This document shows, piece by piece, positions 9,931 through 17,247 of a stretch of DNA of 64,000 nt. Numbering within the stretch: position 1 is the stretch's first letter; every line of letters begins with the position of its first letter. The notes under the pieces were generated by a model that made no database searches, was not told the origin of the DNA, and was given only the letters and a program-made list of their open reading frames with translations. The stretch comes from Alphaproteobacteria bacterium (lineage in GTDB: Bacteria; Pseudomonadota; Alphaproteobacteria; GCA-2731375): the NCBI GenBank assembly GCA_041940205.1, contig JBGTSP010000001.1, forward strand, positions 245-64,244, read 5' to 3'. Position numbers and translations under genes: made by a program.

Positions 9931-10525
9931 CGCCTCGCATTTCGACCGGTACCTTGATGGCGTCGAGGTGGGCGAACTCGCGAGGGTGCGGCAGGATGAT
10001 GAGCGTTTTTTCCGAGAACCATACGCCCGCGTTGGCGAACACACCCCAGTGCGCTTTGTAAATTGGTGCGCCCCTGGTGTGGCGGACCCAGATCTTTGTT
10101 CCGTCCCGCGGCGCTGCCTGGATAGGTTGCCAAGGTAAGCCGCTTCTATCGTCCTTCCCCTGTTCCGAGTGTCGATGCGCAACGGCCTCGCTCGCGAGCT
10201 GGTTGTTCTTGGCCGTCAAGCGATTCTCGACGGCCCTTTGAAGGTCGATCTGGCCTTCGGGACACGTGGTGGCCATCCGAAGTGCGCAGATCACCATGTC
10301 GGCAACGTATTTCTCGACGTCGCCGCGTACCGTGAGATTGGCCCAGTCCACGCCCCCGTGTTCGGCATCGTTGAGGATCGAGGCCAGTTTTCCACCAGCC
10401 TTGTGGACGTGCAGAAGAGCGTGCGCGAAGTCCTTGTGGGTCATGGGCGTCGCCCTGAAGTCCCGGTGATAGTGGCCCGTCCAGGGCAGGCCGCTCTGCA
10501 GCTCGCGGATGGTCCTGTCGCTCAT
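9917..10525 (-). CDS. Hypothetical phage protein, C-terminal DUF551-like domain
   Basis: 202 aa; C-terminus LPWQPIQAAPRDGTKIWVRHTRGAPIYKAHW resembles DUF551 of prophage proteins; overlaps neighbours. Confidence 0.4.
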   Translation of the reverse strand: MSDRTIRELQSGLPWTGHYHRDFRATPMTHKDFAHALLHVHKAGGKLASILNDAEHGGVDWANLTVRGDVEKYVADMVICALRMATTCPEGQIDLQRAVENRLTAKNNQLASEAVAHRHSEQGKDDRSGLPWQPIQAAPRDGTKIWVRHTRGAPIYKAHWGVFANAGVWFSEKTLIILPHPREFAHLDAIKVPVEMRGDADG

Positions 10526-12465
10526 TCTGATACCTCCTCGTTCTTAATCTCCCCGAGCCGGGCCCGAACCGTCTTTTCGTCGGCGAAGTGCAGCTCCGGC
10601 GGGATCCAGCCCTGGCGGCGGTCGGGGTGGTCGAGGATCCACTTGACCGCGTCGCCCTTCTTCATCGCGTCGATCTCCGCCTTGGTGGTGGCGGGATCGA
10701 GGCCGTCGATCGCCTGGATGGCGACGCGGGCGAGCTGGGGCTTCGTCAGGGCCTTGAGATAGGCCTCCTCTAGAGTCCAGTCCCCGGGCTGCACCGCGGT
10801 GTCCGCCACGCGGGCGATCGCCGGGATCAGCGGATGGTCGCCCAGGCCCGTGTCGTGGCCGTTCCAGCTGCCGACCTGGGTGGCGATCAGTGCCGCGAAG
10901 ATCCTGTGCAGGCGCTCCTCGTCTTCCAGCAGCCAGTCGAGGCAGGCGCTCCAGTCGAAGCCGCTCTTGAAGTCACCGTGATAGCGATCCGCATCGAGCC
11001 GGCAGGCCTCCGGCATCTGCTCGAGGAGGTCGATCAGGATCTGCTGCTGCAGCAGTGTGGGCTGGTGGTCGAAGCCGCCGATCGGGTCTTTCAGCAGCCG
11101 CACCGGGCTGCGGCGCAGCAGGCCGATCACCACCAGGGCCACCGGCAGCGCGCGGTTTTCGGTGCGGGCGAGTTCGAGCTGCAGGGTCCAGGTCTTGGTG
11201 TTGCGGGCCTGCTTCTGCAGGGCCTTGGGGATCGGATCCTTCGGCCTTGCGTCCGCCTTGACGGTGGCGGTGGCGTCGGCGCGCTTCGGCTTGATCAGGC
11301 CGGTGTGGACCTTCAGCATTCGGAAGCGGTTCAGCTCGATGATGACGCCGGCACCATCGGCCTTCTTGCCCTTCTCGAATTCTCCTGCCCAAAACGTCGA
11401 GTATGTCTCGGCGCCGTCGCGGATCTCCACCCAGGCCCAGCCCGCCGCGCGAAGCTCGCCGGCCTGTCGTTCGGCCTCGGCGACCTGTGCCAGTTTGAAG
11501 GCGTCGGCGTCCTGAAAATACTCGTTGCCGTCGCCGTCGTTGAAGATCTCCAGGCCGGATTCAATGACGTCGAAGGCCGCGCGATCGACGGGGATCATGT
11601 CTCCGGTGATCATCTCGGTGACATCCTTCTCGTCGACGTTCTGGCCCCACTCCCTTTGGGTCACGATCCGGTCGAGCACATCCGCCTGTCGCGTCTCGGG
11701 TGCTCGCGCGAGGGCGCGGGCCTGGGCCAGGTTGATCTCTCCGGTCGCTAGGGCCTGCTTCGCCGGATCGGACAGGCCGCGGCAGAGCTGCACGCGCTGC
11801 TGTACCCAGCGACGGGTGCGGCCGATCTTCCTGGCGAGGTCCTCGGTGTCGACGCCGGCGTCGACCGCCGCCGCGAGCGCCGCGGCCTCCTCCAGCGGGG
11901 GCACTTCCTCGCGCTGCAGGTTCTCCACGATCGCCATCATCACGACGTCCTGATCGCTCAGGTCCTCGATCCGGGCAGGCACCGGCCAGGTCTCGTCGAC
12001 CGTCTCGCCACGGACGTCGCCGGCGGCCTCGGCCAGGAAGCACAGGGCGCGGAAGCGCCTGGCGCCGGCGACGATCTCGAAACGCCCGGGCTCGGCCGCG
12101 GGGCGCAACAGCAGGTTCTGCAGCAGGCCTTGGGCCGCGATGCTGGCGGCGAGCTGCTCGATGCTGTCCGGATCGAAGCTCTTGCGGGGATTGAGCGGGC
12201 ACTCGACCAGGTCCCGCAGTATCACGCCGGCCGTCCCGTCCGCGGTCGCGGCGGGGACGGCCGGCGTTGGATCCACGCCGATCAGGGCGGCCGCGGTGAT
12301 GTCGAGCGCACCGGCGAGCTTCTCGACCTGTTCCAGGGTGGGGGAGACTGCGCCATCGCGGATCCGTCGGATCGTGTCCCGCGAGACGCCGGATGTTTTC
12401 TCGAGCGCGCGGTTGCTGAGGCTCTGCGCGTCCATCGTGCCGGCGAGGGTTGTGGCGATCGTCAT
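10522..12465 (-). CDS. HTH(XRE)-ParB/Srx N-domain fusion protein with about 350-aa uncharacterised C-terminal region
   Basis: Start chosen at ATG 12465 preceded by GGAGG; HTH LSNRALEKTSGVSRDTIRRIRDG...; ParB box FDPDSIEQLAASIAAQGLLQNLLLRP...FEIVAGARRFRA. Confidence 0.7.
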   Translation of the reverse strand: MTIATTLAGTMDAQSLSNRALEKTSGVSRDTIRRIRDGAVSPTLEQVEKLAGALDITAAALIGVDPTPAVPAATADGTAGVILRDLVECPLNPRKSFDPDSIEQLAASIAAQGLLQNLLLRPAAEPGRFEIVAGARRFRALCFLAEAAGDVRGETVDETWPVPARIEDLSDQDVVMMAIVENLQREEVPPLEEAAALAAAVDAGVDTEDLARKIGRTRRWVQQRVQLCRGLSDPAKQALATGEINLAQARALARAPETRQADVLDRIVTQREWGQNVDEKDVTEMITGDMIPVDRAAFDVIESGLEIFNDGDGNEYFQDADAFKLAQVAEAERQAGELRAAGWAWVEIRDGAETYSTFWAGEFEKGKKADGAGVIIELNRFRMLKVHTGLIKPKRADATATVKADARPKDPIPKALQKQARNTKTWTLQLELARTENRALPVALVVIGLLRRSPVRLLKDPIGGFDHQPTLLQQQILIDLLEQMPEACRLDADRYHGDFKSGFDWSACLDWLLEDEERLHRIFAALIATQVGSWNGHDTGLGDHPLIPAIARVADTAVQPGDWTLEEAYLKALTKPQLARVAIQAIDGLDPATTKAEIDAMKKGDAVKWILDHPDRRQGWIPPELHFADEKTVRARLGEIKNEEVSE

Positions 12466-12869
12466 CGGGTGTCCTCCAGGCTGGTGGTGTCCGGCATCCG
12501 GATCTGTTGCTGGAAAATCCGCACGGCGCTGCACCCGTGCCTGGTGATCCGCACGAGGGTGCGGTCGGTCCGCGCGAACGGGCCGCCACCGATCCGGGCG
12601 GCCCAGCCGCGCCGCTCGCAGGCGGCCAGGGCGTCGGGATCGCAGGTCGCCAGCGGCAGCGGACCCATCCAGAGGGCGTCGAGCAGGTCCTCGACGCCGG
12701 GATCGGGCTGTTCGCCCGGCCAGGGCAGGTGCGGGACCGGCGCGGGCGGGCGAAACAGGCGAACGGTGTTCGCCAGGGACGGCCGCCCGCTCACGCGCCT
12801 GGTTCCGCATTGCCGGGCGGCAGGCCGCCCAGGCCGAGGTCGATGCGCACCCGGGAAGCGCCGGGCCAC
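12462..12869 (-). CDS. Hypothetical protein, GTG start with AGGAGG SD
   Basis: 135-aa frame; strong SD 10 nt upstream of GTG at 12869; stop overlaps ParB-like start (ATGA); overlaps 3' end of upstream gene by 79 bp so uncertain. Confidence 0.3.
   Translation of the reverse strand: MARRFPGAHRPRPGRPAARQCGTRRVSGRPSLANTVRLFRPPAPVPHLPWPGEQPDPGVEDLLDALWMGPLPLATCDPDALAACERRGWAARIGGGPFARTDRTLVRITRHGCSAVRIFQQQIRMPDTTSLEDTR
12768..12784. repeat. GC palindrome family copy 2, variant GGCGAACggtGTTCGCC
   Basis: 7-bp arms with 3-nt centre; at 3' end of 12791..13375 gene. Confidence 0.5.
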
Positions 12870-13375
12870 CTGGCCTCGACCTCCTCGAGGGTGTCGACGC
12901 TGTTGATCAGGGTGAGGCGGCGCTCGCGGGCGGTGTTGTACTTCTTCCGCTCGGCCTCGACGGCCTTGCGCAGGCGGCGAAGAGCGGTGCGGGCGCCGGT
13001 GTCGAGATGGTCATGCAGATCCCGGCCCTTCAAGTCGTGGGGGATCGCGTACTCGATGTGCCATTCCTTCGGCAGCTTGATCTGGTGGTTCGGACTGTAC
13101 GACCGTTCGGGATCGAAGCTGATCTCCTTCATCGTCCGGGTGGCGCCGAACCGGCGCAGGACGCCAAGATCCCTGGGCCTGCAGAGCGTTTTGGCCAGGC
13201 GGTCCAGTTCGATGGCGGCATCCAGCACAAGCGCCATGATCGTCGGCGGCGGATCGCCGGCGCGGATCGCCAGGTCGAGAGCCTCCGGCTCCGCCTTCGC
13301 CATGTCCGCCAGCTTCCGCCGCAGCTTCTGGGTGAGGCGGACGGGACGGCGGGTGGTCGATTTCTTCGCGGTCAT
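12791..13375 (-). CDS. Hypothetical phage early protein
   Basis: Start trimmed to MTAKKSTTRRP; charged/helical; no recognisable domain. Confidence 0.45.
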   Translation of the reverse strand: MTAKKSTTRRPVRLTQKLRRKLADMAKAEPEALDLAIRAGDPPPTIMALVLDAAIELDRLAKTLCRPRDLGVLRRFGATRTMKEISFDPERSYSPNHQIKLPKEWHIEYAIPHDLKGRDLHDHLDTGARTALRRLRKAVEAERKKYNTARERRLTLINSVDTLEEVEARWPGASRVRIDLGLGGLPPGNAEPGA

Positions 13376-13729
13376 CGCGGGTTCACCAGCCGGAGAGGCG
13401 GGATCCGCGTTGCCGACGGATCCCGCCCCGGTACGAATAGCCCCGCAAGGAGCTTTGCCGCTGGTGCCTCTTGTGCCCGTGGGCCCAGGGCCCCGGGGTG
13501 CGGCCGATGCCCGGCCGCGGGCTGGGCGTCGATCGCCCGTCACCGCCCCGCGCTCAGGTGGGACGGGAAGGGGCGATCGGCTGATCTGAGTCGGCCTCCG
13601 GATCCGGGTGATCAGACCCATTGACGCTCCAGTCTCGGTAGACGTTCTCCGGGACAGCGCGGATCTCTTCGACATTCCGGACCCGGCCGAGGACCGGTGG
13701 CTTGGGCCTTCCGGATACGTCACCGGTCA

Positions 13730-14077
13730 TCACGCGGCCTCGCTGGCCGGGCCGTGGCCCAGCAGCTCGGCCGCGCGGGCGACGGCCGCGTCGCCCTGGG
13801 CGGTGAGCTCCTCGGGGCTGAAGCCGTCCAGCAGCAGGTCGGCCTTGGTGACGCACCGCGCGCCGAGGCGGACGCGCCGCTCGATCGCCTGGGCCATGCG
13901 CTCGACGAGGGCCGGCCCGCGCCAGCGGCGCACGCGCAGCCGGCAGTGCGCCGGGGCGGGCATCGCCTTCGGGGGCTGCGGCATCATCTTGCGCACCGCG
14001 GCATAGACCTCGGGCGGGATGCGGCTGTCGGTGGAGAGCTGTAGGAGATCGATCGGGTCGGGACGGGTGAGGGACAT
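13730..14077 (-). CDS. Hypothetical phage early protein
   Basis: 115-aa ORF, first gene of leftward operon; no recognisable domain. Confidence 0.4.
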   Translation of the reverse strand: MSLTRPDPIDLLQLSTDSRIPPEVYAAVRKMMPQPPKAMPAPAHCRLRVRRWRGPALVERMAQAIERRVRLGARCVTKADLLLDGFSPEELTAQGDAAVARAAELLGHGPASEAA

Positions 14078-14681
14078 GCGGGCCTCCGGTGATTGGGAGG
14101 CGAAAAATTTCCACAGAAGATATTTCTAAGTCAACTTATTATTTTTCCGTAGGGGACACACTGCTGCGCCATGGCGTGTAGTGATCAGCGAAATCCTTTC
14201 CGCTACGGAACGATTCACACCGCTCAACAGCCATTCTTTTTCGCGGAAAACTGCGGCATTGACTCCACTGCCGGCTTTGGGAAGGGTGATCGACGGTGGC
14301 GACGGTGTTCGCCCTTCCTCCGCCTCCGGCCAGGTCGCGTCCTGATAGCCGGCGGGGCGCGTTCTGCGCTTCGGAGTGCCGGCCTCTTGCCGGTTTCGTG
14401 GAGGAAGTCATGGCCGGCCCGAAGATCGTCTTCGTGCGATCCTACATCCGGTTCCGGTGGGGGAAGTGGGAGCATGTCTGCGCCCACTTCCGTAGTCCAC
14501 CGAGGCAACTGAGTTTGCCGTTCTGACAGTGTTCACGCGCTTCGGAACGGTGACTCAGTAGCAGCGAACGCCGTCGCCACTGCCGCCATCCTGACCATTC
14601 CACTGGCGCGGTCAAGCGCATGCATCGCGGTGCCAGCGCGCCGGCCCGTCGCGCACCGGGTGCGCGGAAATCGCGATCGTC

Positions 14682-14698
14682 GGCGAACGCCGTTCGCC
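14682..14698. repeat. GC palindrome family copy 3 GGCGAACGCCGTTCGCC
   Basis: Perfect 17-bp palindrome abutting cI stop codon. Confidence 0.6.
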
Positions 14699-15408
14699 TA
14701 GTCGGCCGATGTCATCGGGCCCAGGGGACGCTCCGGCCGGTAGGAGGCGATCACCAGGGCGATCACGTGGATGTCTTCAATCGTTGAAAAACCGCCGTTT
14801 TCGTCGTGGTTGGGATCCGGCCGGGGCAGCCGGATCGGCACCCGGTGCTCTGGATTCGATGATCGCGGGGAGAGCCAGAACTTGCCGTACTTGTCGACCA
14901 CGAACTCCTTCACCGTGGCCTCGTATTCGCCCAGGTTGTTGCGGCGCTGCACGATCACCCGCTCGCCCGGTTCGGGCCAGCGCTCCAGCTCCACCATCGG
15001 CACGACGATCAGGATCGTGCCGTCGGGATACACCTCGTCCATCGAATCGCCGCGCACGAGGAAGCCGGAGACCGTGTGGTGCGCCCAGCGATCGTCCACC
15101 GGGGCGGCGATCGCAAAGCGCTCGAGCACCGGCCATTCCACGGCCTCGGCCCAGTGGCCGGCCTGGACGGCGCCGCGCACGGTGATCGATCTCATCCCCG
15201 GCAAGTCGTAAACCGGGTCCTCCTCCTTCAGGAGGTCCGCCTGACGGACGCCCAAGGCAGGAGCGATTCGTTTCAGCCAGTCGACGCTGAGTCGAATCGC
15301 GCCCGTTTCGAGCTTTTGAATTTGCGCATCGGTCGTTCCGACGGCTTCGGCCAGTTTGGCAAGCGTGAGGCCGCGTTCCTTGCGCCACTCGCGGATTCGG
15401 TTGTCCAT
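14698..15408 (-). CDS. cI: CI-like prophage repressor: XRE HTH plus S24 (LexA/UmuD-like) self-cleaving peptidase domain
   Basis: MDNRIREWRKERGLTLAKLAEAVGTTDAQIQKLETG HTH; C-terminal S24 fold with Ser (GDSM) and Lys (KEFVV...K) dyad region; start trimmed from ORF 14698..15621. Confidence 0.85.
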   Translation of the reverse strand: MDNRIREWRKERGLTLAKLAEAVGTTDAQIQKLETGAIRLSVDWLKRIAPALGVRQADLLKEEDPVYDLPGMRSITVRGAVQAGHWAEAVEWPVLERFAIAAPVDDRWAHHTVSGFLVRGDSMDEVYPDGTILIVVPMVELERWPEPGERVIVQRRNNLGEYEATVKEFVVDKYGKFWLSPRSSNPEHRVPIRLPRPDPNHDENGGFSTIEDIHVIALVIASYRPERPLGPMTSAD

Positions 15409-15502
15409 TTCGGCATTATTTCCGACATGGAAATCAATGGGATACGCCCGGAAAACATTTTCTCCTTGACTTAAAATGTCTTGAGAGGAAATTTTTTGAG
15501 CC
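15409..15502. promoter_or_regulatory. Divergent cI/cro switch region with AT-rich inverted repeats (candidate operators) and -35-like TTGACT
   Basis: atttccGACATggaaat, gGAAAAcaTTTTCtcc, TTGACTtaaaatgtcTTGAGAgg between divergent cI and cro starts; GC far below flanks. Confidence 0.5.
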
Positions 15503-15760
15503 ATGACGTTACGCGACTGGCTCTCCGCCCGCTCCTGGAAACAGGTCGACCTCCGGCGCGCGCTCGCCGACGGGGGCTGCACCCTTTCAGCATCAACCAT
15601 CAATCGCCTCGTTGCCGGCACCCGTCTGCCGAACCTGGATACGGCGGCGGCGATCGCGCGGGTGACCCGGGGTGCGGTGATGCCGAACGATTTCTACGGC
15701 CTGCAGCCGGCCGGCCGGCCGGTCGCGCAACCCCCGACCCGAAACGAGGAGGCCGCCTGA
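15503..15760 (+). CDS. cro: Cro/YdaS-like HTH regulator
   Basis: 85 aa, divergent from cI; YdaS/Cro-like pattern QVDLRRALADGGCTLSASTINRLVAGTRLPNLDTAAAIARVTRGAV. Confidence 0.6.
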   Translation: MTLRDWLSARSWKQVDLRRALADGGCTLSASTINRLVAGTRLPNLDTAAAIARVTRGAVMPNDFYGLQPAGRPVAQPPTRNEEAA

Positions 15761-16311
15761 TGGGCAAGGTCACATCCATGCCGACACCTTCGCGCGCAAA
15801 GGCGGGTGGTGTCTCCCGGAACGGTGGCGGCGGGTTCCGGGGGCAGAAGCCCCGCGATCCCGGCGTGCCGAAAGACGCGATCGCCCGCCTGGTCGATGCC
15901 TGCGGCGGCGTCGGCCCGGTGCAGCGCATCCTGGGCAGCGGCAAGACGGTGACCTACGCCTGGACCGACCAGCAGGCGCCGGACGAGATCAGCTTCGCGC
16001 GCGTCGCCGCGCTCGAGGAAGCCTGCCGCACGGGGATCGCCGCGGCCTACCTGGCGCAGCTCGCCGGCGGGATCTACGTGCCGGCCGCGCCGGGCAATGC
16101 CGAGGGCGCGCTGCCGGCCTGCCTCGCCAGCCTGGGCAAGGAGATCGCGGACGTGTTCGCCCGCGGGGCGGAGGCCCTGGCGGACGGCGTGTGCGAACCG
16201 CACGAGGCCCGCGCCCTGCTGCGCGAGGTGCTGGAGGCGAACGGCGCACTCGGCGCGCTGATCGCCGCGCTCAACGAGATCGCCTATCCGGAAACGGAGG
16301 ACGCGGGATGA
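15760..16311 (+). CDS. CII-like phage regulatory protein (putative)
   Basis: Position after cro, start overlaps cro stop (TGATG); helical DNA-binding-like core DAIARLVDACGGVGPVQRILGSGKTVTYAW...ISFARVAALEEA. Confidence 0.4.
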   Translation: MGKVTSMPTPSRAKAGGVSRNGGGGFRGQKPRDPGVPKDAIARLVDACGGVGPVQRILGSGKTVTYAWTDQQAPDEISFARVAALEEACRTGIAAAYLAQLAGGIYVPAAPGNAEGALPACLASLGKEIADVFARGAEALADGVCEPHEARALLREVLEANGALGALIAALNEIAYPETEDAG

Positions 16312-16433
16312 AGCGAACCCCTGGCCTCCGCCAGCTGCTCGACTGGATCGGCTCGGCCGTCTTGTTTCTGCTGGCGGTCCTGATCCTGTGGGGCACCGAT
16401 TTCCGCCTCGCCGGCCTGGTGCTGCAGCCATGA
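16308..16433 (+). CDS. Small hydrophobic peptide (41 aa)
   Basis: ATGA-coupled to both neighbours; single TM LLDWIGSAVLFLLAVLILWG. Confidence 0.3.
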   Translation: MKRTPGLRQLLDWIGSAVLFLLAVLILWGTDFRLAGLVLQP

Positions 16434-17038
16434 GCGAGGCGCGGGCGCTCGACGCCTGGGATCGCGCCCTGATCGGCACGGCCACCGGCCGGCTGGTGCA
16501 TCCGCTCCGGCTTTGCGAGGACGACATCCAGCTTCAGGACATCGTTGTCGCCCTGTCCCACACCGGGCGGTTCGCGGGTCACACGCGGGTCTTCTGGTCC
16601 GTCCTGCAGCATTCGATCGAGGTGTCGATCGAGGTGGAGCGTCTCGGCGGCGATGCGACGGACCAGATATGGGCCCTGCTTCACGATGCCGGCGAGGCCT
16701 ACCTGCTGGACATCCCCAGCCCGATCAAGCCGTTGCTGATGTTTGCGGCGCCCGGGCAGGGGGTGCCGGTCGAGTATGTCGAAGCGGAATTCGGAATCCT
16801 GCAACGCGTCGCGGAGCGCTTCGGCTTGCCCTTCCCGCTGCCGGGCATCGTGCACGAGGCCGACCATGCCGTGACCCAGGCCGAGGCGCTGCAGTTCATG
16901 CCGGGGGCGGAACGCTGGGCGGATGCCCAGGCGGCCGAACCGATCCGGACGCTTGAAGCGGCCGATCCGGAGACCGTGCGGTATCGCTTCCGGGCCCGCA
17001 TGGAAGAGCTCGCCTACAAGCGGATGGGTGGCGAATGA
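16430..17038 (+). CDS. HD-domain phosphohydrolase (YfbR-like 5'-nucleotidase family)
   Basis: H...HD motif region HSIEVS...LLHDAGEAYLLDIPSPIK; ATGA overlap upstream. Confidence 0.6.
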   Translation: MSEARALDAWDRALIGTATGRLVHPLRLCEDDIQLQDIVVALSHTGRFAGHTRVFWSVLQHSIEVSIEVERLGGDATDQIWALLHDAGEAYLLDIPSPIKPLLMFAAPGQGVPVEYVEAEFGILQRVAERFGLPFPLPGIVHEADHAVTQAEALQFMPGAERWADAQAAEPIRTLEAADPETVRYRFRARMEELAYKRMGGE

Positions 17039-17247
17039 GCACGAAACCCTGGGCCGCCATCCTCAACGGGCAGTTCGTCGGCCGGGCCTCGACCCGGCAG
17101 GCGGCGATGAACCTGATCGATCGGCCGTACCAGGCCGGTGCCGGCCGGATCGAACGGTCGCGCACGGGCGAGACCTGGCGGCGGCGCGGCGGGAGCTGGT
17201 TCCGCGTGGCCGCGTCGGCCGGTGTGAAGACGGGGGTGGCGGCATGA
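17035..17247 (+). CDS. Hypothetical small phage protein
   Basis: 70 aa, ATGA-coupled on both sides. Confidence 0.35.
   Translation: MSTKPWAAILNGQFVGRASTRQAAMNLIDRPYQAGAGRIERSRTGETWRRRGGSWFRVAASAGVKTGVAA

Noticed and set aside
14171-14512. 113-aa plus-strand ORF in the 14.1-14.7 kb gap
   Set aside because: No RBS, low-complexity S/G/R-rich translation; only the embedded 38-codon frame with a strong SD seems worth flagging.
15409-15502. GC palindrome family as the CI operators
   Set aside because: The cI/cro intergenic region contains only AT-rich inverted repeats (TTTCC/GGAAA half-sites) and no GCGAACG motif, so the dispersed palindrome is probably recognised by a different factor.
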